This document shows, piece by piece, positions 30,168-40,710 of a stretch of DNA of 64,000 nucleotides (the stretch's first letter is position 1; each line of letters begins with the position of its first letter). Source of the DNA: Abditibacteriaceae bacterium (GTDB taxonomy: Bacteria; Armatimonadota; Abditibacteriia; Abditibacteriales; Abditibacteriaceae); the NCBI GenBank assembly GCA_965277285.1, contig OZ255721.1:928001-992000 (forward strand). Reading direction: 5' to 3'. The notes beneath the pieces were generated by a model that worked only from the letters and a program-made list of their open reading frames with translations, searched no databases and was not told where the DNA came from. The position numbers and the translations under genes were made by a program.

Positions 30168-30872
30168 CTAATCTTCCGGTTTCACAAAAACCGTATGCGC
30201 CGGAGCGGTTCCCAGCACGCGTTTGCGACCACCGACGTGCAGATGCAAAACGCCTTCTTCAGGCACGGCGCGCATCACTTCGATTTTGGCGCCCGGCACC
30301 AATCCCAAGTCGCGCAAATGGCGCAAGGTTTCGCCGCGTTCATCGCTGGCGCGGCACATCGTCCACACCGTTCCCGAGGCGGCTTCGTCCAGGCGCGTCC
30401 AGTTATCGCGCGTCACCGTTCCATCGACACTTGGAATCGGCGCGCCATGCGGATCGCGCGTCGGATGACCCAGCGCCTCCGCCATTTTCGCCTCGACTTC
30501 CTCGCTCAAGAAATGCTCCCAACGCTCGGCTTCATCGTGCACTTTGTCCCAATCAATGCCTAAAACTTCGCTGAGGTAGGTTTCCACCAGGCGATGATGG
30601 CGAATCACTTCAAGCGCGATTTTTTCACCCGCGCTGGTCAGTTCCACGCCGCGATATGGCGAGTGAACCAGCAGCTTCAAGCCCGCCAGCTTCTTCATCA
30701 TCGAAGTCGCTGAGGGCGGCGCCACGCCCAGGCGCGACGCCAAAGCCTGCGTCGTCACCACCGAAGCCGCGCCGTCGCTCGCCTGACGCAACTTGTAAAT
30801 CGCCTTCAAATAATCTTCGCCTGCCGTGCTCAACGTCAGGCGCGAGTCCGTCAACTTATGGTTTTTAGTCAT
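30168..30872 (-). CDS. mntR: DtxR/MntR family metal-dependent repressor with FeoA domain
   Basis: EDYLKAIY, RHHRLVE, HDEAERWEH, DPHGAPIP. Confidence 0.9.
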   Translation of the reverse strand: MTKNHKLTDSRLTLSTAGEDYLKAIYKLRQASDGAASVVTTQALASRLGVAPPSATSMMKKLAGLKLLVHSPYRGVELTSAGEKIALEVIRHHRLVETYLSEVLGIDWDKVHDEAERWEHFLSEEVEAKMAEALGHPTRDPHGAPIPSVDGTVTRDNWTRLDEAASGTVWTMCRASDERGETLRHLRDLGLVPGAKIEVMRAVPEEGVLHLHVGGRKRVLGTAPAHTVFVKPED

Positions 30873-30900
30873 GTCTAATCTTTCCTTTAGCCTAACCTTT
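30865..30900 (-). promoter_or_regulatory. Putative DtxR-family operator(s) over the mntR start
   Basis: TTAG-N6-CTAA at 30865-30878 and a degenerate TTAGCCTAACCTTT at 30887-30900. Confidence 0.5.
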
Positions 30901-31014
30901 CCAGAGGATGATTGCAAGAAGTCGGCACGCTTTGTTCGTTGATAAGCCGCGTTCTATGTGATAGGCTTGCATGGCTTTCAACGGCGGAACAATTGGGATT
31001 TATAAAGAGCAACT

Positions 31015-31557
31015 GTGGCGCAAATAATAGATTTTTCGGCGGACGAAAACTTGGAATCATCATACGATGACGCGGCTTGGCAGCGGCAATTGGAAACTTT
31101 GCGTGCCTTGGCGCAGGTCGTCAACGATGAAAACCTGAGCGAACTCGAGATTGAACACGGCGGCGTTCAAATCACGCTCAAAGCGCCGTCTTCGGTGGCG
31201 CCGCAAGTTGTTTACGCGCCGTTTTCGGTCGGGGAAAACGCGCATATCGAGTACTCGAATGCGCCGCTTACAACCGATAACGCGCTTGGGATAGCTTCAA
31301 AAAGCGAAAGCAAAGCGCCCAGCGGAACGCCGATTGTAACGCCGATGGTCGGCTTGTTTTATCGCGCGCCCAGCCCCAACGACCCGAACTTTGTCGAAGT
31401 CGGCGACCACATTGAAATCGGTCAAACCGTCGGCTTGGTCGAGACGATGAAGGTGTTCAACGAAATCACCAGCGAAATCGAAGGCACGGTGACGGAAATC
31501 AAAGCGCTCAGCGGCGCGCTGGTCGAAACCGGTGATGTGCTGATGACAATTGGCTGA
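31015..31557 (+). CDS. accB: Acetyl-CoA carboxylase biotin carboxyl carrier protein
   Basis: TPMVGLFYRAPSP, ETMKVFNEI. Confidence 0.88.
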   Translation: MAQIIDFSADENLESSYDDAAWQRQLETLRALAQVVNDENLSELEIEHGGVQITLKAPSSVAPQVVYAPFSVGENAHIEYSNAPLTTDNALGIASKSESKAPSGTPIVTPMVGLFYRAPSPNDPNFVEVGDHIEIGQTVGLVETMKVFNEITSEIEGTVTEIKALSGALVETGDVLMTIG

Positions 31558-31647
31558 CGAATCGTAGGGGCGAAGCATGCTTCGCCCGTTCCTCGGAACT
31601 GAAGGCGTAAAATCGTGGGCAAAGCATGCTTCGCCCCTATACATTTC

Positions 31648-32946
31648 ATGCAAATTAACGTTGGTATTTTAGGTTTGGGAACGGTCGGCGGCGGAACGGT
31701 CAATGTTCTGGCGCGCAACCGCGATTTGTTGCGCGCTCGGACAGGCTGCGATATTCGCATCAAGCACGCCGCGACGCGCACGCCCAGTCGCGCTGAAAAT
31801 CTGGATATTTCGAGCGACATCGTGAGTTCCGACATCAATCGAGTACTCGATGATCCCGACATTCAAGTCGTGGCGGAACTGATCGGCGGCGTCGAACCGG
31901 CGCGCGAGTACGTTTTGCGCGCGATTGCCAACGGCAAATCGGTCGTGACTGCCAACAAAGAATTGATCGCCAAGCACGGCGCAGAAATCGGCGAAGCGGC
32001 GACCAAAAAAGGCGTGCATTTTCGCTTTGAAGGCAGCGTCGCGGGCGGCATTCCCATTGTCGCGTCCTTGCGCACCAGTCTGGTCGGTAACCGCATCACG
32101 CAATTGATGGGGATTTTGAACGGCACGACCAATTACATCTTGACCAAAATGACGCGCGAAGGCTTGGATTTCGCCGATGTTCTGGCCGAAGCGCAAGCGT
32201 TGGGCTACGCCGAAGCCGACCCGACGAGCGACGTGGATGGTTTCGACACGATGTATAAACTGGCGATTTTAGCCAATATCGCGTTCGGTCAGCGCGTGAG
32301 TTTAGACAGCATTTTGCGCGAAGGCATTCGCGGCGTCGGCGCGCGCGACATCGAATACGCGCGCGAAATGGGCTTCGTCATCAAATTGATCGCTCTGGCG
32401 CGTCAGCACCCAAACGGCGAAATCGAACTGCGCGTTCATCCGACGTTGCTGCCGCAAAGTCATCCTTTGGCGAACGTCAACGAAGTGTTCAACGGCGTCT
32501 TGGTGCATGGCGATGCCGTCGGCGACGTGATGTTTTACGGACGCGGCGCGGGTGCGGAACCGACCGCAAGCGCCGTTGTTGCAGATTTGGCCGAAGTCGC
32601 GCGCGACATTAAAAGTGGCGCGCAAATGTTGCAAGATGTGGCGAACGCGTCCAAGTCGGTGGAAGCGAAAATCGAACCGTTCGCCGATGTGGAAACGCGT
32701 TTTTGCGTCAGGATGCAAGTCGTGGATCGGCCCGGAATGCTGGCGCAAATTGCGACCGAATTCGGCGTTCAAGGCGTCAGCCTGGATTCGATTGTGCAAA
32801 AGAAAAGCGACGGTGAAACCGCCGAAATCTTCTGGATGACGCACCGCACGCGCCAAAGCGCCATGACCAGTTCCTTGCAAGCCTTCGAGAAAATGAACGC
32901 CGTGCGCGAAGTCTCGAGCGTGCTGCGGGTTGAGGGCGAAGCGTGA
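31648..32946 (+). CDS. hom: Homoserine dehydrogenase with ACT domain
   Basis: GLGTVG, VVTANK, NGTTNYIL, GYAEADP, DRPG. Confidence 0.95.
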   Translation: MQINVGILGLGTVGGGTVNVLARNRDLLRARTGCDIRIKHAATRTPSRAENLDISSDIVSSDINRVLDDPDIQVVAELIGGVEPAREYVLRAIANGKSVVTANKELIAKHGAEIGEAATKKGVHFRFEGSVAGGIPIVASLRTSLVGNRITQLMGILNGTTNYILTKMTREGLDFADVLAEAQALGYAEADPTSDVDGFDTMYKLAILANIAFGQRVSLDSILREGIRGVGARDIEYAREMGFVIKLIALARQHPNGEIELRVHPTLLPQSHPLANVNEVFNGVLVHGDAVGDVMFYGRGAGAEPTASAVVADLAEVARDIKSGAQMLQDVANASKSVEAKIEPFADVETRFCVRMQVVDRPGMLAQIATEFGVQGVSLDSIVQKKSDGETAEIFWMTHRTRQSAMTSSLQAFEKMNAVREVSSVLRVEGEA

Positions 32947-32990
32947 AAGCATCAGAACCCCAAGCGTAAGCGCGGGGTTCTATGAGAATT

Positions 32991-33263
32991 ATGAACAGTG
33001 TCGTAAAACCAGGAAGCGAAAAGAAGCGCAAACCACCAATTTGTTTCTTGTGCGGTCATCTTTTGAAACCAAGCGAAACAGGAATGTGTTGCAGCGCCTT
33101 TCCGAACGGCGTTCCTGCCGCAATCCGCGAAAACCAGGCCGATCATCGTAAACCTTTTGAAGGCGACAATGGAATTCGCTACAATCCTGTTGGAAACGAA
33201 AACCTTTCGCCGCAGGAAGCTGCCGCATACGCCATTAAACTTTTTGGCGAACTCTCAATGTAA
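32991..33263 (+). CDS. Small Cys-containing hypothetical protein
   Basis: CFLC...CSAFPNGVP...DHRKPFEGDNGI. Confidence 0.55.
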   Translation: MNSVVKPGSEKKRKPPICFLCGHLLKPSETGMCCSAFPNGVPAAIRENQADHRKPFEGDNGIRYNPVGNENLSPQEAAAYAIKLFGELSM

Positions 33264-33275
33264 ACTCACACTATT

Positions 33276-34397
33276 ATGAACGCCGTTTTCAAAGACCAAA
33301 AACCCAAAACCGAAGACCCTTTGATGTGGCGCGGCTTGATTCATCATTACCGCGAGTATTTGCCGGTCGATTCGAGTACTCGAATTGTGACGTTGCACGA
33401 AGGCAACACGCCGCTGATTCATGCGCCGCGTTTGGCTGGAATTATCGCGCCCGATTGCGAGCTTTATCTCAAATTTGAAGGCGCCAATCCGACTGGCAGT
33501 TTCAAAGATCGCGGCATGACGATGGCCGTCACCAAAGCGCACGAAGACGGCGCCAAAGTCGCCATTTGCGCTTCGACGGGGAACACATCGGCAGCGGCAG
33601 CGGCGTATTGCGCGGTCGCCGGCATTCGTTGCGTGGTTTTGTTGCCGCAAAACGCGATTGCTCTGGGCAAACTGGCGCAGGCTTTGGTTCAAGGCGCGAC
33701 GGTTTTGGCGGTCGAAGGCAATTTCGACGACGCGTTGCGCATCGTGAAAAAGCTGACGGCCAATTATCCGATTGCGATGTTGAATTCGCTCAACCCGTTT
33801 CGCATCGAAGGCCAGAAAACCGGCGCTTTTGAAATCTGCGATTTTCTGGGACACGCGCCCGATTTCCATGCGATTCCGGTCGGCAATGCGGGAAATATCA
33901 CGGCGTATTGGAAAGGTTATAACGAGTACGCGCAGGCTGGAAAAATCGATTTTTTGCCGAAAATGCTGGGCTTTCAGGCGGCGGGCGCGGCGCCTCTGGT
34001 GGAAGGTTGTGGCATCGACAAGCCGGAAACGATTGCGACGGCGATTCGCATCGGTCATCCGGCGCGCGGCGAGGAAGCCTTGCAAGCGCGCGATGCCAGC
34101 GGCGGCCTGATCGAAAGCGTGACGGACGAAGAGATTTTGATCGCGCAAAAACAAGGCGCCAGTTTGAGCGGCATCTTCGGCGAACCAGCGAGCGCTGCTC
34201 CTCTGGCGGGCATTGCGAAACTGTCGCAGCGCGGTTATTTCAAAGCGACGCGCGAAGCATTGGGGCGCAAACCGATTGTTGTCTCGATTGTCACCGGTCA
34301 CGGCCTCAAAGACCCGAACACAGCGATTTCAATTGGCGGCGAACCGACCGTTGTTGCTGCGGAAGAAAACGCTGTTTTGCGCGCCATTGGATTTTGA
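33276..34397 (+). CDS. thrC: Threonine synthase
   Basis: NPTGSFKDRG, ASTGNTS, TGHGLKD; follows hom. Confidence 0.93.
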   Translation: MNAVFKDQKPKTEDPLMWRGLIHHYREYLPVDSSTRIVTLHEGNTPLIHAPRLAGIIAPDCELYLKFEGANPTGSFKDRGMTMAVTKAHEDGAKVAICASTGNTSAAAAAYCAVAGIRCVVLLPQNAIALGKLAQALVQGATVLAVEGNFDDALRIVKKLTANYPIAMLNSLNPFRIEGQKTGAFEICDFLGHAPDFHAIPVGNAGNITAYWKGYNEYAQAGKIDFLPKMLGFQAAGAAPLVEGCGIDKPETIATAIRIGHPARGEEALQARDASGGLIESVTDEEILIAQKQGASLSGIFGEPASAAPLAGIAKLSQRGYFKATREALGRKPIVVSIVTGHGLKDPNTAISIGGEPTVVAAEENAVLRAIGF

Positions 34398-34503
34398 ACA
34401 GAACCCCAAGCGTGAGCGCGCGGCTAAAGTGACAGCTACGTTAGCCGCGCGCTCACGCTTGGGGTTCTTTGAACAAATCGCGTACTCGATGGCGTAAGGC
34501 GTT

Positions 34504-34998
34504 ATGAAAACTTTCCATTATCTGCCGCCCGCGCCCGAAGAACAAAAGTCTTTTGTCGCACAACTTCTCGGTACAATCGTCGCTCTGGCGATGGTTTTCG
34601 CGGCGTGGTTTTTCTGGCGCGAAACGCGAATGCACGCGATTTTAATCGGCGTCGGGCTGGGCGCGATTTATCTTCTGGCGCAAGTCGCGTGGAAATTGGA
34701 ACTGAAAGCGCAACGCGCGCAAAATGCCGAGATTATTCTGGGCGATGACGATTTACAAATTACGGATCGTCATGGAAAAACGCAGACGCTTCTTATCAAA
34801 GACATCGAAAATTGCGAAGTGCGTGGCGGTCGCCTGGTCGTGATTTACAAAGGCAAACAAGTGCTCGTTGTCGGCGCGCGCGAACTTTTCGATGGCATGA
34901 CTTTGGTGCAGGAACTTTTGGCAAAATGGTCGGGCAAAGATTCTGCGCAAAACGGTTTTCAGCCGCCCAGCAACTTTATTCCGCTTGATCCGCGCTAA
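34504..34998 (+). CDS. Hypothetical membrane protein
   Basis: Two TM segments; typical codon usage. Confidence 0.6.
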   Translation: MKTFHYLPPAPEEQKSFVAQLLGTIVALAMVFAAWFFWRETRMHAILIGVGLGAIYLLAQVAWKLELKAQRAQNAEIILGDDDLQITDRHGKTQTLLIKDIENCEVRGGRLVVIYKGKQVLVVGARELFDGMTLVQELLAKWSGKDSAQNGFQPPSNFIPLDPR

Positions 34999-35004
34999 AT
35001 TATT

Positions 35005-35259
35005 TTGTTCATCCTTATCTACCTGACTATTGCAGTCATCGTCGTTTTTCTTGTTTCCGTTACGCTTTTCAAAGTTTTCATCGTGTTGATCAAGCAACGC
35101 AAAGAAAACTTTGAAAAATCGACAGGCTTTACGTGCTGCGCGTCGGTCGCTTTGGCATTCGCTGTTTTGACAGGCGTACCACTTCTCATTTACGTCGCTG
35201 TGCCATTGTTGACGCTATTTTTTGAGCAATGGGTTTCGACGTTGCCACATCGCAAATAA
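35005..35259 (+). CDS. Small hypothetical membrane protein
   Basis: Two hydrophobic segments; TTG start. Confidence 0.35.
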   Translation: MFILIYLTIAVIVVFLVSVTLFKVFIVLIKQRKENFEKSTGFTCCASVALAFAVLTGVPLLIYVAVPLLTLFFEQWVSTLPHRK

Positions 35260-35290
35260 TTTCAAGCGACTCATTTCGAGTACTCGATCT

Positions 35291-36178
35291 ATGAACATTC
35301 AACCAATTCGTTCGGGCAAAGTGCGCGAAGTTTATGAAGCGGGCGACAATCTCGTCATCGTTGCTTCTGACCGCATTTCGGCTTTCGATTGCATCCTGCC
35401 GACGCCGATTCCCGACAAAGGCAAGATTCTCAACACGCTGTCCGTCCTCTGGTTCGCGCGCACTTCGCACATCGTCGATAATCATTTGCTGCTGCATCGC
35501 GCGAATGATTATCCTTCGCCATTCAAAGAACACGCGGCTGAACTTGAAGGGCGTTCGATGTTGGTGCGCCGCGCCGAAGTGGTGCCGATTGAATGCGTGG
35601 TGCGCGGTTATCTAGCGGGTTCCGGCTGGATCGAGTACTCGAAAAGCGGCACGGTTTGCGGAATCAAGCTTCCCGCAGGCTTGCGCGAAAGCGATCACCT
35701 TCCTCAACCGATTTGGACTCCGACGACTAAAGCGGATGAAGGCCACGACGAACCGATTACGTGGCATCAAGCGGTCGAAATTGTTGGGCAAGAGCGCGCT
35801 GAAGCATTGCGCGATAAATCCATCGCTTTATACAATTGGGGCGCCGATTACGCACGCGAACGTGGCATTATCCTCGCCGACACCAAGTTCGAGTTCGGTG
35901 TGGCGGATGGCGATTTAATCGTCGTTGATGAAATCTTCACGCCCGATTCATCGCGCTTCTGGGACGTGAACGATTACGTTCCCGGCCAAAGTCAGAACAG
36001 TTTCGACAAGCAATTCGTGCGCGACTATCTGAGTACTTTGGATTGGGATAAAACGCCGCCCGCGCCACAGCTTCCCGCAGAAATCGTGCAGAAAACCAAA
36101 GCCAAATATGAAGAAGCCTACAATCGCCTGACGGGTTTGACGTGGCCGCAGAACGATGTGCGACCTTTGCGCAACTAA
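35291..36178 (+). CDS. purC: SAICAR synthetase
   Basis: GKVREVY, SDRISAFD, ADTKFEFG, TPDSSRFW, DKQFVRD. Confidence 0.96.
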   Translation: MNIQPIRSGKVREVYEAGDNLVIVASDRISAFDCILPTPIPDKGKILNTLSVLWFARTSHIVDNHLLLHRANDYPSPFKEHAAELEGRSMLVRRAEVVPIECVVRGYLAGSGWIEYSKSGTVCGIKLPAGLRESDHLPQPIWTPTTKADEGHDEPITWHQAVEIVGQERAEALRDKSIALYNWGADYARERGIILADTKFEFGVADGDLIVVDEIFTPDSSRFWDVNDYVPGQSQNSFDKQFVRDYLSTLDWDKTPPAPQLPAEIVQKTKAKYEEAYNRLTGLTWPQNDVRPLRN

Positions 36179-36259
36179 ACGAACCCGAAGCGTAAGCGAC
36201 GGGTTCGTTACGCACTCAAGTGCTTGCGACATTCCCCAACTCGCGCGCAGAATAACGAT

Positions 36260-36808
36260 ATGAACACGCGCGCTCAACTCCTGCAACGTCGCATTCGATT
36301 CTTGATTTGCTGTTTCGTGGTCGGCCTGGTTCTCAGCGGCTTGACGGCGTTTCCTCTGGTGTGGGAAGTTTCGCTTTTGGCGCGTTGGTTGGGAGTGCCC
36401 GAAGGAAGCAGCGCCGCGCAATTTACCGGTTTGACGTGGTGGATTGTGACGGTGCGCAATGCACTTGTGGAGACGAATGTCAAAGCTCCGTTTTTGTCGT
36501 ATGGCACCGATTGGCTGGCCTTTGCGCATCTGGTGATTGCGACAGCTTTTATCGGGCCATTGCGTAATCCTGTGCGCAACATATGGATCATCGAATGGGC
36601 GATGATGGCGTGCATCGGCGTGATTCCTCTGGCGCTGATTTGCGGGCCATTGCGCGACATTCCCTTTGGCTGGCGCCTGATTGATTGTTCATTTGGCGTC
36701 GTCGGCATCGTGCCTTTGGGTATCGTGTGGCGCTGGATCAAAGAATTGGAAACACTCACATCGAGTACTCGATACACAACGAACGCGCCAAATCATGCGA
36801 TGCCTTAA
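36260..36808 (+). CDS. Hypothetical membrane protein
   Basis: YGTDWLAFAHL, NIW, IDCSFG; several TM segments. Confidence 0.7.
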   Translation: MNTRAQLLQRRIRFLICCFVVGLVLSGLTAFPLVWEVSLLARWLGVPEGSSAAQFTGLTWWIVTVRNALVETNVKAPFLSYGTDWLAFAHLVIATAFIGPLRNPVRNIWIIEWAMMACIGVIPLALICGPLRDIPFGWRLIDCSFGVVGIVPLGIVWRWIKELETLTSSTRYTTNAPNHAMP

Positions 36809-36858
36809 ACTGCAGGACATACGCACTTTGAGGGTGCGAAATTTTGAGCGGAGGCCGT

Positions 36859-39024
36859 ATGGCGGAACGTGTTCCCAGTCGTTTGTCCGACCGTTTAGAA
36901 GCGGCGCGTCATCAGCGTTTTGTCGGTCGTTCGCCTGAGTGCGAGCTGTTCGAGGCGGCGCTGCAAACTAACAAACCGTCGTTTTGCGTGCTGCACATTT
37001 ATGGGCCGGGCGGCATCGGCAAAACCACGTTGCTGCGCGAGTTCGACCTGCTTTGCCGAACTTACAAAACACGCGCGATTCTTCTCGATGCGCGCGAACT
37101 GGAACCTTCGCCCGTCGCCTTTGAAGCCGCTTTGTCGCAGGCTCTGGCAACTGAACAAGCGCCGCTTGAGTTTCTCAGTGCGCAAAAGCAACGTCACGTT
37201 TTATTGATTGACACTTACGAGCGTTTGGCGCCGCTGGACAATTGGTTGCGCGAAACGTTTTTGCCACAATTACCGGACGGCAACCTGGTGGTTCTGGCAG
37301 GACGCAATCCGCCGCGCACCTCGTGGAAGTTGGACAGCGGCTGGAGTTCGCTGCTGCGCCGTGTACCTTTGCGCAATCTCAGCCCCGAAGATAGCCATTA
37401 TTTTCTCGAAGCGCGCCGTATTCCCGCTGCGCAGCACAATCGAGTACTCGATTTCACGCACGGCCATCCGCTGGCGCTGAGCTTGGTCGCCGATGCCTTC
37501 GATCAAGGTTCTCTGGCGACGAGCCGCGACACGCCGTTTCATCCGCAGGACGCGCCTGACGTGGTGCGCCTTTTGGTCGCGCATCTGGTGGAAGAAGTGC
37601 CGACCGCGACGCATCGCGCCGCTCTTGAAGCGTGCGCCCTGGTGCGCTGGACGACCGAATCGTTGTTAACGCATTTGCTGGAATTGGACGAAAAAAGCGG
37701 CGAAAGCGCGACGCTTTTCGATTGGCTGCATTCGCTGTCGTTCATCGAGAGCGGTGCGCAAGGCGTGATGCCGCACGACATGGCGCGCGAAGCACTCGCA
37801 GCGAATCTGCGCTGGCGCAACCCGCAATCGTATGCCGATTACCATCGTCGCGCGCGGACGTTTTATGCGGCGCAATTAAAAAACGCTTCGGCGAGCGAAC
37901 AGCAAAAAGTTCTGGCCGATTACATTTTCCTGCATCACGACAATTCCATGATTCGCCCTTTTCTGGAATGGCAGGAAAACGGCGATTTAACGACAAGCGT
38001 CGCGCACGAAGACGATTTGCCGACTTTAGCAGAAATAGTGCGCCGTCACGAAGGCGAGCAGTCGGCGCAGCTTTTCGCGTACTGGTTCGCGCGTCAACGC
38101 GAAAACGTGCTGGTATTGCGCACCAACAATGCACAAATCGAAGGATTTTTGTTCGCTTTAGCTTTGCAGCGCGCCAGCGACGAGGAACGCGCACACGATC
38201 CGGCGACGCAGGCGGCGTGGAACTATTTGCAAGGTTCGGCACCGTTACGACGAGGTGAAGGCGCGACGATGTTCCGCTTTTGGATGGCGCGCGAAGCGTA
38301 TCAAAGCGTGTCGCCCGCGCAAAGCCTGATTTTCGTCAACATCGTGCGCCATTACCTGACGACGCCGAGTTTGGCGTCCACTTTCTTGCCGGTCGCGGAC
38401 GCCAACTTTTGGGCGCCGATTTTTGCTTACGCGCACTCGACGCGCCTGGAAGAAGCCGACTTTGCGGTTGACGACCGTTGCTACGGCATTTATGGCCACG
38501 ATTGGCGCTTGACGCCGCCGATGGCGTGGCTCGACCAAATGGCCGAAAACGAGATGTCCGAACCTTCCGCTTCCGCAACTACGAGCAGCGAATCGAGTAC
38601 TCGAAACGCGCCAAGTTCGCCGCTGGCGCCAGTTTTGTTGAGCGAAGAAGAGTTTGCGCTTTCGGTGCGCGATGCGTTGAAGAACATGACGCGCCCCGCC
38701 GTTTTACAAACCAATCCTTTGTTGCGCTCGCGCCTGCTGCTGGAACGCGTCGGGGTTGAGACTGTAACCACATCGTCGCAAAAAATCGCCTTATTGCAGC
38801 AAGTTTTGCGTGAAACGTGCGAACATCTGGCAACCTCGGGGCGGACGGAAAGATGGTACCAAGCGCTGCGCAGACGCTATCTCGAACCAGCGGCGACACA
38901 AGAAGCCGCCGCCGACGAAATGGACGTACCGTTCAGCACTTTTCGTCGCTATCTCAAATCGGGATTGGAACGCGTGACCGAAGAATTGTGGCGTGAAGAA
39001 ACCGGCGATCATCTAACGTATTGA
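36859..39024 (+). CDS. STAND/AAA-type P-loop ATPase with C-terminal HTH (putative regulator)
   Basis: FVGR, GPGGIGKT, LLIDTYE, GHPLAL; QEAAADEMDVPFSTFRRYL. Confidence 0.82.
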   Translation: MAERVPSRLSDRLEAARHQRFVGRSPECELFEAALQTNKPSFCVLHIYGPGGIGKTTLLREFDLLCRTYKTRAILLDARELEPSPVAFEAALSQALATEQAPLEFLSAQKQRHVLLIDTYERLAPLDNWLRETFLPQLPDGNLVVLAGRNPPRTSWKLDSGWSSLLRRVPLRNLSPEDSHYFLEARRIPAAQHNRVLDFTHGHPLALSLVADAFDQGSLATSRDTPFHPQDAPDVVRLLVAHLVEEVPTATHRAALEACALVRWTTESLLTHLLELDEKSGESATLFDWLHSLSFIESGAQGVMPHDMAREALAANLRWRNPQSYADYHRRARTFYAAQLKNASASEQQKVLADYIFLHHDNSMIRPFLEWQENGDLTTSVAHEDDLPTLAEIVRRHEGEQSAQLFAYWFARQRENVLVLRTNNAQIEGFLFALALQRASDEERAHDPATQAAWNYLQGSAPLRRGEGATMFRFWMAREAYQSVSPAQSLIFVNIVRHYLTTPSLASTFLPVADANFWAPIFAYAHSTRLEEADFAVDDRCYGIYGHDWRLTPPMAWLDQMAENEMSEPSASATTSSESSTRNAPSSPLAPVLLSEEEFALSVRDALKNMTRPAVLQTNPLLRSRLLLERVGVETVTTSSQKIALLQQVLRETCEHLATSGRTERWYQALRRRYLEPAATQEAAADEMDVPFSTFRRYLKSGLERVTEELWREETGDHLTY

Positions 39025-39304
39025 CAGAATTTTCCATAGCGCAAGTTTGCTGACCCATGCTTCCTCAAGTACGGACATTTTTAAGTACAGACATCTTTAC
39101 CAAACTTGCGCCAGCGGCGATTTGAACATTTTCTTCGTGCTAAGACACTTTCACTTAGATCGGGCACAAATTGAACATTTTGTGGCATGGTTAACGCTCA
39201 ATAGAGGCGCGACACTTAATCCTATCTTGAGGTCATTTACGACGCGTCGTGGTCGCAGGCGTGGTTGTTTCCCAAGCGGGGTTGTTGAAGACAAAGGAGA
39301 ATTT

Positions 39305-40369
39305 ATGTCACAGGAACAGTTCATTTCGCAAGACCCATCGAAGACAGAAGAATTGATGAAATCCGTCAAAGAACAGCGTACGTCGTCGCGTCGCCATTTT
39401 CTGGCGCAGGCGGGCTTGGCGGGCTTAGGCGTTATGGCCGCCGGACAACTGGGTGCTTCGGCGCAATCAGCCCGCTTAAGTAGTGTCCCGGGCGGGTTCG
39501 ACAACCTGAACGATACCCAGATTCTCAACTTTGCCTTGAATCTGGAATATCTCGAAGCCGAATTTTACGTGCGCGCCGCTTTTGGCACGACGCTTGGCGC
39601 TTCCGATATTTCGGGACGTGGCAACAACGGCAATAGCACAACGCCTGGTACCGTGACAGGCGTCAGTTCAACTCCAGCGGGAGATCAGGTTCCCTTTGCG
39701 AATACGACTCAGGATCAGATCATTCGCCAGTATGCCGAGGAGATCGCCACCGACGAACTAACGCACGTTCGCCTGTTGCGTGGCGCTCTGGGCAGTGCTG
39801 CCGTGGCGCGCCCAACGCTTGACATCGGCCCGGCTTTTACTGTGGCTGCGCAAGCTGCCGGAGTCATTACTTCAACGCAAACCTTCAACCCTTACGCCGA
39901 CTCAACCAGCTTTCTGCTGGGCGCCTTCATCTTTGAAGATGTGGGTGTAACAGCTTATCGTGGCGCTTTGAGTTTGCTCAGCACTCGCGCGAACATTTCT
40001 GTTGCCGGTGGTTTGCTCGGCGTTGAAGCCTACCACGCCAGCGAAGTGCGCACCGTTTTGTTTGGTCTTGCCAGCTCCACGGATGGCGGTTCGTCCATTA
40101 TTGATGCTGTGCAAAAAATCTCCAATCTGCGCGACGGCGCCGATGGCACAGTTGATGACGATCAGGGCATCACCAACGACGACACCGATCAAAACGCAAC
40201 TGTCGGCACCGGCGTTGTAGGTGCGGCCAATATCGTCCCGACCGATGCTAACGGCTTGGTATATGCGCGCAACCTGCGTCAGGTTCTCAACATCGTTTAT
40301 TTGAACGGCTCCATCACATCACATTCGGGCGGCTTCTTCCCCAATGGCTTAAATGGCCGCGTGCGCTAA
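39305..40369 (+). CDS. Ferritin-like (desiccation-related) protein with Tat-like signal
   Basis: SRRHFL; LNFALNLEYLEAEFY; DE..H; FEDVGVTAY; EAYHA. Confidence 0.85.
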   Translation: MSQEQFISQDPSKTEELMKSVKEQRTSSRRHFLAQAGLAGLGVMAAGQLGASAQSARLSSVPGGFDNLNDTQILNFALNLEYLEAEFYVRAAFGTTLGASDISGRGNNGNSTTPGTVTGVSSTPAGDQVPFANTTQDQIIRQYAEEIATDELTHVRLLRGALGSAAVARPTLDIGPAFTVAAQAAGVITSTQTFNPYADSTSFLLGAFIFEDVGVTAYRGALSLLSTRANISVAGGLLGVEAYHASEVRTVLFGLASSTDGGSSIIDAVQKISNLRDGADGTVDDDQGITNDDTDQNATVGTGVVGAANIVPTDANGLVYARNLRQVLNIVYLNGSITSHSGGFFPNGLNGRVR

Positions 40370-40710
40370 ACGCTGTGCGTTAAACGCTTTCAGAAGTCAT
40401 TTTCCTCTCCACCCAAAGTCTCATCGAGTACTCGATACTCGGTGGGACTTTGGCGTTTTTGTTTCCGGAACCTTTGGTTCTCGCGCCATTGACCTTGACA
40501 GCGTTCTCGAAAAACTCGAAGCTCATCGCGGGAAGAATTTTCGCTTTACCCGAGTTTTCGATTCTTACAGGGGCTTGGCTGATCTCCGGCAACGAACCCG
40601 AAGCGTCAGCGACGGGCTTACATGGGAGTTTCATGTAGTCGTCACTTAAGCCCGTCGCTGACGCTTCGGGTTCGTTAATCTCACTTCATTGAGCGTCTGC
40701 CTCGATCTTC

